Below are positions 19,511 to 28,059 of a stretch of DNA of 64,000 nucleotides, in pieces. The stretch lies in the IMG/VR virus record IMGVR_UViG_3300011972_000167; one strand, 5' to 3'. The stretch's first letter is position 1; the number at the start of each line of letters is the position of its first letter. This stretch comes from a virus. Lineage: Duplodnaviria; Heunggongvirae; Uroviricota; Caudoviricetes. The notes below the pieces were generated by a model that did no database searches, had not been told where the DNA came from, and saw nothing but the letters and a program-made list of their open reading frames with translations. Position numbers and translations under genes: made by a program.

Positions 19511-19897
19511 ATGAATTTAGAAGAAGCTAAAAAGTTTAAGGAAGATTATATAGCTAGTTTAGTAGATACTACTATGGAATGTATCTATGATAGCATTAAA
19601 AAATCTATAACAAGCGGTAATAGACTTACTAGCTTTGTTATAGAAGGAATGTATAAAGATGAATATGAGGTTTGCGGTGGAAATACTAAGTATGCAACCA
19701 ATCTTACTACTTCAAATATTTTAGATATTTTAGGAAACTTATATCATGGAGGGTACAATATAGAAATTTTATTATCTGCTAAAGATGGTTTACATAGAGA
19801 ACAATCCACTGTAAGCTTAGAGGAGTTTAAGAGTTATTTGGAAAAGTTAGGGGAGTGCTTTTATTTTAAGGCTAATGTTACCTTAAGTGGGTGGTAA
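19511..19897 (+). CDS. Hypothetical protein
   Basis: 128-aa ORF tightly following the upstream gene. Confidence 0.35.
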   Translation: MNLEEAKKFKEDYIASLVDTTMECIYDSIKKSITSGNRLTSFVIEGMYKDEYEVCGGNTKYATNLTTSNILDILGNLYHGGYNIEILLSAKDGLHREQSTVSLEEFKSYLEKLGECFYFKANVTLSGW

Positions 19898-20239
19898 TTT
19901 ATTAGTGTAAGCATAGATTAAAAATAATTGATGAGCATTATGTAAAAATCAGTATGCATTATGTAGTTTTATAGCCAATTTTTTAGTTCTAATTTTGGGA
20001 ATTAAATAATAATATAGTAGTAAAATAAATTTAGCTTTTACAAAAATTGTATGCATATAGGTAATTTTTATAGATGCAGTAAGAAAAAATAGAGATGCAT
20101 TCAAAGTCATTTTTTGAGGGTAAAATTTAAGAGTTTAGAATTATAATGTTGGGGATGGTTTAGGTTTATAGGTAGTAAATAGTGTAATAAATTAGTGATT
20201 GTTATTTAAAGTTTATTTTAGGGGATAGTTGTTTTAGTC

Positions 20240-21133
20240 ATGGAAATAACAGATTTTGAAATAAGAGTAGGGTATTTTGCAGAAGATAAAAATAAATCTT
20301 CTGACAGAAAGATAATAGGATATGCTTTTGTAAATTTATTAGAACCTAGCAAAGTATATTGTAAGAAATTCGAGGAAGATTATGGCTTTGGATTGATATT
20401 AAATAAGGATAGTTTTTTAGTAGATCCAAAACTTGAATTAATTGCAGGACTTAAATTAATGTCAGAACTTAGACCTCGAAAAAGGAATGCTAATATTTTT
20501 AATACTGATTGTGAGATAATTGTTAGTAGCGATATTCCTTTAGTGATTGACCATTACCTATATGAAAAAGAGACTACAGACATTTCTTATTTATATAGAG
20601 AATTGCCTATAAAATTAAAGTTTTCATTAGGTAGGATAGAGCCAATGTATGAAAAGATTAGCTTAGATAGTTTTACTCAGGTTATTGAAAAAGATGTAAT
20701 TCCAGAGCATCATAATATAGATGCAGAAGCATTTGACAAAATTAGAGATAAATATTGTAATTTTAAGTCATCGGGAGATTTCATAGTTATAAATAATTGT
20801 TGTTATATTTATAATAACTTGAACTATGGATTCAATGGAGATGTCATATTGGATAGTGATTGTAAGCATTTTGATGTATATACTGATAAGAATATCCCGT
20901 ATGAAGTTAAATCAATAGTATTTCCTAAGGGTATAAAGAGTTGCAGTAGAAAGGTATTTAATAGCTTTAATTATAAAGATGTTAGCTTTTACTTTAGTAA
21001 ACATACAAGTAGGGGTATTTTAGCTAATATGTTAGGATTTAATTTACAAAAATGTGTAGAGCTCAATGAGTATCAGTTTAAGAATTACTTAAATAAGATA
21101 ACATCAGATAATTTTAATTTTAATTTTTACTAG
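20240..21133 (+). CDS. Hypothetical protein
   Basis: 297-aa ORF preceded by a 340-bp non-coding region containing ATGCAT palindromes. Confidence 0.4.
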   Translation: MEITDFEIRVGYFAEDKNKSSDRKIIGYAFVNLLEPSKVYCKKFEEDYGFGLILNKDSFLVDPKLELIAGLKLMSELRPRKRNANIFNTDCEIIVSSDIPLVIDHYLYEKETTDISYLYRELPIKLKFSLGRIEPMYEKISLDSFTQVIEKDVIPEHHNIDAEAFDKIRDKYCNFKSSGDFIVINNCCYIYNNLNYGFNGDVILDSDCKHFDVYTDKNIPYEVKSIVFPKGIKSCSRKVFNSFNYKDVSFYFSKHTSRGILANMLGFNLQKCVELNEYQFKNYLNKITSDNFNFNFY

Positions 21134-21558
21134 ATTACAATTTTTTCGTTACATTTATTTGTTATAGTTATATAGGTAATATAATAAATGGAGGATATAA
21201 AATGAGGGCTAGAAAGAAAAGAATAGTTTATAAGGCATATAACTTTTAATCAAGCAACAGAGCAACTTTTCATTCAGAAAGAAACTCCTATGTGTTTGAG
21301 TAAGGGAAACTGGCTAATTGAAAATGAATTACCTAATGGAAAGAGTGAATTTTGAATAAATTAATAGTTTTTACAAAGTTATTTGGAGTTTATAAAAAGG
21401 TTAAAGATTGATTAGTTTTGGTTTTTAATACATTGAACTTAAATGGATAATTAAAAAGGCACAATTTTTATAGTATTGCTTATAAAGTATGCATAAAAAT
21501 AATATTTTACTGAACTTAATTTTTATACTGAAGATACAATGAAATAAAGGAGAATTAA

Positions 21559-22905
21559 ATGCTGAGACAGAAATATACAACTGTTACTCAACTACATAAG
21601 ATTAATAACAAAGACATTATTGAGTATTTTGAAAATGCTTCTGTATATTTCTGCAAATTACAGAGAAAAGCATTCCATATATTCAAGAATGAAAGTATAA
21701 AAGGAAATAAAGTTGAATATAGCAAATTTAGACAAGTTTTTATGAAAGAACATAATATCAGCAAGAGAACCGCAGACTCTATATTAAAAGATGTTCAAGG
21801 AAAAGTGAAGGCGCTTACTGAATTAAAAAAATACGAAGTTTCCCAAAAGGAGCAGAAAATTAAAAAAATTAAAGAAGAAATTGAAAAACTCGACATTAAG
21901 ATTCTAGAGTTCCAAGAAAAAATGAAAAATAAAATAAAAGTTAATCATTTTAACTATTGGAACTTAAAAAAGTCAAGAGCATTTAAGAAAATGAAGCTGA
22001 ATAAACTTCAGATGAGACTTGAGCAGCTCAGGTGGGAAATAGAAACAGGGCATTATAAGTTATGTTTTGGAACTAAAAAACTTTTAAATTCTGATAAAGA
22101 AAAATTTATTTTACAGCGTGACAGTCAGATGGGATATATTGGGTGTCAAGAAGAAAAAGGAAGAAATAGTGTGTTTCAGTTGAGTTATAATAGTATAAAT
22201 AACCAGTTTCTCATTAAATTAAGGAAAGATTTTGGATTTGATACAGAAGAAAAGTATGTATTTGGAAAATGCTATTTTAATAATCATAAAAACAAACTGA
22301 TAGATGCATTGGAAAATAAAAATTCAACTCCATTGACATATTCAATAAGCAGAAAAAATAGAAGATATTATTTACATTGCACTTTTGAATATAGGATTGA
22401 AAGTAAAGATTTATTTTCAACAAGAAAGGATTACGGAACTATTGGAGTTGATTTTAATAAAGGGTTTTTGACGGTTTCTGAAATAGACAGGAATGGCAAT
22501 CTTGCTAAAACTGACACCCTTAATTATCGCTTTGGAAAAGGAAATAAAACACAATCAGATTTAGAAAATTGTATTTCCAAAATATTAAGAAAAGCTTTAG
22601 AGGTAGGAAAGGATGTGTGCCTTGAAGATTTGAACTTCAATAACACAAAAGCTAAAACAGTGAAAGGTAAAACTGACAAAGGTAAAAAATACAATGATAT
22701 GCTGCATAGTTTGGCATATTCTTTATACGACAAGTTAATAACTAATATTGCTTTTAGAAATAAAATAGGAATTATAAAAGTAAATCCAGCATGGACTAGC
22801 TGGATTGCTAAAAATAAATTTTGTGAAAGAATGAAGTTAAATATACATACAGGAGTAAGTTTTGTAATAGCAAGGCGTGGATTAGGAATTAGAGATATAA
22901 TATAA
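21559..22905 (+). CDS. TnpB-like (RuvC-fold) protein lacking the zinc finger and with a long non-TnpB N-terminal region
   Basis: RuvC-I-like TIGVDFNKGF. RuvC-II-like VCLEDLNFNN. NPAWTSW in place of the TSQ-CxxC region (no CxxC...CxxC). Terminal HTGVSFVIARRG aligns with the RuvC-III DRDFNASLNLAN stretch of the window's TnpBs, but with Gly at the Asp position. N-terminal 290 aa include a K/E coiled coil. Confidence 0.45.
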   Translation: MLRQKYTTVTQLHKINNKDIIEYFENASVYFCKLQRKAFHIFKNESIKGNKVEYSKFRQVFMKEHNISKRTADSILKDVQGKVKALTELKKYEVSQKEQKIKKIKEEIEKLDIKILEFQEKMKNKIKVNHFNYWNLKKSRAFKKMKLNKLQMRLEQLRWEIETGHYKLCFGTKKLLNSDKEKFILQRDSQMGYIGCQEEKGRNSVFQLSYNSINNQFLIKLRKDFGFDTEEKYVFGKCYFNNHKNKLIDALENKNSTPLTYSISRKNRRYYLHCTFEYRIESKDLFSTRKDYGTIGVDFNKGFLTVSEIDRNGNLAKTDTLNYRFGKGNKTQSDLENCISKILRKALEVGKDVCLEDLNFNNTKAKTVKGKTDKGKKYNDMLHSLAYSLYDKLITNIAFRNKIGIIKVNPAWTSWIAKNKFCERMKLNIHTGVSFVIARRGLGIRDII

Positions 22906-23300
22906 AACTTATATTCTGGATAAACTTGTATTCATCCAAGAGAATGGAGCAAGTCACTTTACAGAATTAAAATAAGTAATACATTTCAGTATTGATAAAG
23001 ACTTACATATAAGTGAAATTCTGAAATGATAGGATAACCGTATGTCCTTTAGTACAGTTTGTATTATAAAAATAATCTTGAATAACTTTGGATAAGTTTT
23101 CAAGTTACGGTGTGAGACCTAGTAGTGAGATGCTAAGATTGGCTTTATCTGAAAGGTTTATTAGGATAAACACATTAGAGGGAATGGAATTTTTGCATCT
23201 AGGGCAAGTTTTAGTTAAATGAGTACATGGGGAATTTTATCCTGTACCTCATGAAAAATTTATACAATTATATGATATAGTTAAATAAGGAGGGGATAAA

Positions 23301-24629
23301 GTGGATATTAAAAAGGATAATGGAGAGAGCAGTTCTTCTCAACCTAAAAAGGCTCACAGATTAGATGAGGCAAATATGTGTAAAAATAGGACAGAAGATA
23401 GCGTTGCTTCTCAACCACAGCTTATAAAAAGACACAAATTAGTGACAACAGCTGATGGTAAACTTATAAGAGGTGAAGTAGAGTATGTAGATGCTGATAA
23501 GCTTAAACCTAGAGAAAGTACTAGCACTATTACTAGTAAAAGCATTAAAAAAGATGATAAAACAGATAAACCCTCTTTTGAATTAGCAGGTGACACTACA
23601 AATTATCCAAAAATAACACTAAATAGTGATGGAACTGTTTGTATAGGCGAAGATCCTCTTAGAGATAAGAATAAAGTAATAATAGGTTATGGAGTCAGTA
23701 GTGTAGATTTACCTGCTTCAAAAGTATTTGAGTTAGATAGGCTTGAAGTAAGTGAAGATTGTATTATAAGAGAACTTGTTGAAAATGTAATGATGGATTT
23801 AAGTACTGATGAGATTACTAGGATTCCTATAAATAGACTTAAGCAAAAGGAATTTAATAATTCTGTTTATTGGTGTAGCAATGGATTTTGCTATACAGAT
23901 GTGAAAACTAGAGCTGGATATGAAGAATACAATGTAAATATGCCTTTATATTTAGGGGATACAAAAATATTAAATAAAAAAGAGAAAGGTATTTATTTTA
24001 CTTCAGCAGATAACCTAGGGGATGATGATAATTTATGGGTTCATGATAATTGTAATGTGAGTAGCCTATTAAAATTTAATGGGAAAACTTTTGAACTTTG
24101 TACCCTTTCTTATAATTTTAGCACTAATAATATTGAAGAAATTCCTAAGCCTGTTGGAAAAATGCATTACGACTGGTACGCTAAACTATTGTCTTCTTTT
24201 CCTCAATATAAAGTAGGTTTTATGGGTAATTATTTTATGATAGGAGATAAGGTTTGTATACTTAATAATGATGATAAATATTTCCCTAGATTAAAGGGAA
24301 ATCCTGTAGATGGATGCTTTGTAGTACCTAATGGTTGTGTATCTTTTGGTGCTATATCTCATGAGAATATCAGTAGGTTAACAGCTATAGTATTCCCAGA
24401 GTCTATAAGGGTATGCAATTTTCATATAAGGGCGTATGTTAAAAGAGGATTTCAGTTCTGTTTTAGTTCAAAAACTCCTATAGCAACTATTATAGACATA
24501 TTAAAAATAGAGAGTACACTTAGACTAGAGGGTTACAGTGAGGATGTACTTAACAATATGGATAGATTTGAATTTACAAAAGTATTAGAAAAAGTTATTG
24601 GTAAAGATTATAGAATAGATTTTTATTAA
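23301..24629 (+). CDS. Hypothetical protein
   Basis: 442-aa ORF with RBS AGGAGGGG. First gene of a four-gene run ending in the PolA-domain gene. Confidence 0.4.
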   Translation: MDIKKDNGESSSSQPKKAHRLDEANMCKNRTEDSVASQPQLIKRHKLVTTADGKLIRGEVEYVDADKLKPRESTSTITSKSIKKDDKTDKPSFELAGDTTNYPKITLNSDGTVCIGEDPLRDKNKVIIGYGVSSVDLPASKVFELDRLEVSEDCIIRELVENVMMDLSTDEITRIPINRLKQKEFNNSVYWCSNGFCYTDVKTRAGYEEYNVNMPLYLGDTKILNKKEKGIYFTSADNLGDDDNLWVHDNCNVSSLLKFNGKTFELCTLSYNFSTNNIEEIPKPVGKMHYDWYAKLLSSFPQYKVGFMGNYFMIGDKVCILNNDDKYFPRLKGNPVDGCFVVPNGCVSFGAISHENISRLTAIVFPESIRVCNFHIRAYVKRGFQFCFSSKTPIATIIDILKIESTLRLEGYSEDVLNNMDRFEFTKVLEKVIGKDYRIDFY

Positions 24630-24637
24630 GGAGCCTT

Positions 24638-25123
24638 ATGAATTTAGCGGATACTATTAGAGATAGAAAAGAAGTTCATGTTCCTATTTGGGGTAATGAG
24701 GTATACTCTTACCCCATTCCTGCTAGGGATAAAAATGGAACAATTTACAGAGTATTTATATACACAATAAATAAGGACAATTTATTAGATGCTGGGTTAC
24801 CTTATAGTTTACTAGAGTTCAGTGCAAAAACAGGTGATTTAGTGTCTTATAATAAATTAGAATATGATATTGATAAAGACAGGTTGTTTTTGATATATGC
24901 AAATACAGAGGAATCAATAACGAATAACAGAGATAAAATAATAAGTTTATTTGATAAAGTAAGTGAACTTCATTTATTTTCAGATAGTTTATCAGACAGT
25001 GATGTCATGTTATTAGAGGAGTATGCTAATTTAGTTTTAACTAGTGTACCTCCTAATCATGTATATTATTATAAAAAATATGGAAAGGACTTTTTTAGTT
25101 GGGTAGAAAAACTAACAAAGTGA
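24638..25123 (+). CDS. Hypothetical protein
   Basis: 161-aa ORF, closely packed. Confidence 0.35.
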   Translation: MNLADTIRDRKEVHVPIWGNEVYSYPIPARDKNGTIYRVFIYTINKDNLLDAGLPYSLLEFSAKTGDLVSYNKLEYDIDKDRLFLIYANTEESITNNRDKIISLFDKVSELHLFSDSLSDSDVMLLEEYANLVLTSVPPNHVYYYKKYGKDFFSWVEKLTK

Positions 25124-25139
25124 TAATGGACAGTAGGTA

Positions 25140-25751
25140 GTGGAGATTTACAATGGTAATTATTTTGGCGCAGAAACTAAAATTGAATACAAGGATAAGA
25201 GAGTTGAAATAACAAAAACTTTAGGAGATAAGACATTAAAGTTTGATTATAAGGCTTATGAGGCTAGAAATTACCATACTTTAATACTTAAGCAGTTAAG
25301 CTATTGCATTTCAGAAACATTAAAGGAAATGCAAAGTAATGTAATAATAGCTATAAGCTGTGTTAAAATTAATAAAGATGAAGTTACTGGTCTTTTAGAT
25401 GTATATCCCAGTTATGCTGTGAATATTATAGATGAGATATTAGATAAATACAGTGAGTACATAATAAAGCCAAGTTTATTGGTAGATTGTGGGATAACTA
25501 AAGGAATGTATCAAGATGCTCATATAAAAAAGTATGATGGCATAATAATGGGGAGCAGAAAGTACATAATAGAAAAGATATATTTAGTTCCATACTCTAA
25601 TAAAAGTATATTAAAGTTATATTTTTCAGATAGAATGACTATTTTAGATAATAAAAACATAGAAGATTTTCACAGAAAAGCATTAGAATTAGGAGATGAC
25701 AGAGAAATAAATAAGTGTGAAGTAAATTTATTCAGCGTGGGTAAAATGTAA
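25140..25751 (+). CDS. Hypothetical protein
   Basis: 203-aa ORF directly upstream of the polymerase-domain gene. No clear 3'-5' exonuclease motifs seen. Confidence 0.35.
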   Translation: MEIYNGNYFGAETKIEYKDKRVEITKTLGDKTLKFDYKAYEARNYHTLILKQLSYCISETLKEMQSNVIIAISCVKINKDEVTGLLDVYPSYAVNIIDEILDKYSEYIIKPSLLVDCGITKGMYQDAHIKKYDGIIMGSRKYIIEKIYLVPYSNKSILKLYFSDRMTILDNKNIEDFHRKALELGDDREINKCEVNLFSVGKM

Positions 25752-25771
25752 TTATAGTTAAGGAGTAAGGA

Positions 25772-26980
25772 TTGTATAACATAGATTCTAATATAGATAA
25801 GCCTGATTTTAAGTTTTTATTTGAGGAAATAGATAATTTAGTTGGTGGAAAAGGTTTAAGACTTAGTAATAAGATTTTTGAATTAAAGAATAATTTATCT
25901 AAAGAGGTAAATAGTTTAAGTGCTTTTATAGTTAGTCAATATAATATAAATAACCTTAATTCACCTGCTCAGGTTTTAGAGTACATAAAAGAGCATTTAG
26001 ATTTAGACCTGTTAAAGTATTGTACTGATGAAAAAACGGGTAAGATAAGTTCAAGTAAAGAGAATTTGATTAAATTAGCAAAGTTAGGAAATACTTTTGC
26101 GAGTGATTTATTGAACTATAGGAAATATAAAAAGCAATTAGAATATATAGAATGTTTATTAGGTAGTTGTGACAGGTATGGTAGGATATTTCCTGATGTT
26201 AGTTTAGGTGCTACAAATAGGATAAATTATACAAATCCGCCACTAATGAATATACCTAAAGACATATTGTGGGATGTTTTAGCACCTAGGATAACTGGAA
26301 ATTACTTAGTTAGTGTGGATATAAAAAATCAAGAGCCGACAGTTTTAATAAACTGGCATAATATAACTTGCTTGAAAGACAAATTAGCATCTGATAGGGG
26401 ATTATATTTTGAGATATTTGTTGAGATATTTAATAGAGAGCCAAAAGATGATGAGTTAGTTGAGTTAAAGACGGCTTGGTTAGCTTTGAACTACGGAGCA
26501 ACTAAATTCGGTATATCAGGTATCTGTTCTCTTATAGACAGTAATTTGATTTATGATTATTTTACAAGCATAAAAGAAATTAAGAGATATACAGGTAAAG
26601 CTTATGGGTTAGCTAAAAATAAGTGTAGGAAAGCATATACTTATTTTGGAACAGAATTAAAGCTAGATGCAAAAGATTTATCTCAATTAAAAAGACAACA
26701 TTTGGATTTTCCTATACAGGGTACTTGCAGTGATATATTGTCTCTGCTTGTAAAAAGATTTAGAGCATATATAAATACATATAAATTAGGAAATAAACTT
26801 AGTATATATTATACAAGACATGATGAATTAATAATAGAAGTAGATAAAGATTTTTATGAAGAAAGAAATACTAATAAAGATGAAGATGAAAGCATATATT
26901 GTTTATTAGGTGAAATACTTAATCATAAAGTAGATGACTGGATTGAGTTCAAAACTAAGATAGCATTAGTCAAATCATAG
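25772..26980 (+). CDS. Family A (Pol I-like) DNA polymerase, polymerase domain only
   Basis: O-helix-proximal DRYGRIFPDVSLGATNRINYTNPPLMNIP (like TGRIHTSFNQ..TGRLSSSDPNLQNIP). Motif A LVSVDIKNQEPTVL (like DYSQIELR). Motif B KTAWLALNYGATKFG (like RRxAKxxNFGxxYG). Motif C YYTRHDELIIEV (like HDE). No exonuclease domain in this 402-aa ORF. Confidence 0.8.
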   Translation: MYNIDSNIDKPDFKFLFEEIDNLVGGKGLRLSNKIFELKNNLSKEVNSLSAFIVSQYNINNLNSPAQVLEYIKEHLDLDLLKYCTDEKTGKISSSKENLIKLAKLGNTFASDLLNYRKYKKQLEYIECLLGSCDRYGRIFPDVSLGATNRINYTNPPLMNIPKDILWDVLAPRITGNYLVSVDIKNQEPTVLINWHNITCLKDKLASDRGLYFEIFVEIFNREPKDDELVELKTAWLALNYGATKFGISGICSLIDSNLIYDYFTSIKEIKRYTGKAYGLAKNKCRKAYTYFGTELKLDAKDLSQLKRQHLDFPIQGTCSDILSLLVKRFRAYINTYKLGNKLSIYYTRHDELIIEVDKDFYEERNTNKDEDESIYCLLGEILNHKVDDWIEFKTKIALVKS

Positions 26981-27004
26981 TTTATAAGAAAAGGAGGAAA
27001 TGTT

Positions 27005-28009
27005 ATGCCAAAGAAATTTGCAGTCATGACAAGTAAAGGTATATTTTACATAACTAAAGTAGTAAGAGAAAAAGTTAAGTTAGCAATTCCAATGTTAACA
27101 GCAGCTTTTATAGTAATGGGTGCTGGGTTTACTATAAGTGAATCTGAACTAGTCGCTTTAGCGGCTTCCCCGAATATTAATGTTACAGTTAATGCTGGTA
27201 ATGCTAATGATGGAAAGATGTATTCTGACAATTGGAGGCTTAATGGTTCTAATAATTGGGAATACTATGATAACGGAAATAAAGTTACAAATGCTTGGAT
27301 ACAAGACCATAATCATTGGTATTTAGTAGATGAAAGCGGAACTATGAGAGTGGGGCTTTATAAATCCTATGATAAATATTATCTGTTAGATGATATCAGA
27401 GGAACTGGAACTTATGGAAAGCTATTAAAGAATGGCGGAACATATCAGGGAGTTACTATATCCGCAGATACTTCTTCTGATTACGAGGGAGCTTTAAGTG
27501 AAGATACATTAAACAAATTAGCTAGTGTTGGTGTAAAGAGAGATAATGCAGTTAATGTAACAGGTACAGCTCATAATACTAATAATGGAACAGCTCAAAA
27601 CCAAGGAAATGGTAATGTTTGGGATGTTAACCAGTATAAGGGAGATGGAACAACTCCAGTAAGAATAGTTAGTAACAGAGAGGGTGGAAATATTTTAACT
27701 GGTATCTATGAAGATGGAAGATATTATTGCATAGGAAATGATGGTAAAAAATACAAGAGACATCCATTTTCTACTACGGCTAGATATTTTCCAAATGCAG
27801 AAGATTTTCTAGCTTCAGATTGGGCTAAGTATTTAGATACTGGAAAGGTAGCTCCCGATGGTGGTAAATACTATAGCGGTAATATAGATGGCAAGAGGGT
27901 GATATATTGGAATAGTACACTTTATGATGATATGATTGGTGCAAGTAAAGTATTCATGTATTATAAGGCTGATGGAGTTACAGTTTCAGATAAATATAAA
28001 GATTATTAA
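27005..28009 (+). CDS. Secreted or membrane-anchored protein with cell-wall-binding (choline-binding-like) repeats
   Basis: N-terminal TM/signal peptide, then repeats such as NAWIQDHNHWYLVDESGTMRVG and GIYEDGRYYCIGNDGKKY. RBS AAGGAGG. Confidence 0.55.
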   Translation: MPKKFAVMTSKGIFYITKVVREKVKLAIPMLTAAFIVMGAGFTISESELVALAASPNINVTVNAGNANDGKMYSDNWRLNGSNNWEYYDNGNKVTNAWIQDHNHWYLVDESGTMRVGLYKSYDKYYLLDDIRGTGTYGKLLKNGGTYQGVTISADTSSDYEGALSEDTLNKLASVGVKRDNAVNVTGTAHNTNNGTAQNQGNGNVWDVNQYKGDGTTPVRIVSNREGGNILTGIYEDGRYYCIGNDGKKYKRHPFSTTARYFPNAEDFLASDWAKYLDTGKVAPDGGKYYSGNIDGKRVIYWNSTLYDDMIGASKVFMYYKADGVTVSDKYKDY

Positions 28010-28059
28010 AATTGTAAGGCGTAATAATATAACTACCGCAACAAAGGAATCTAGATTAA

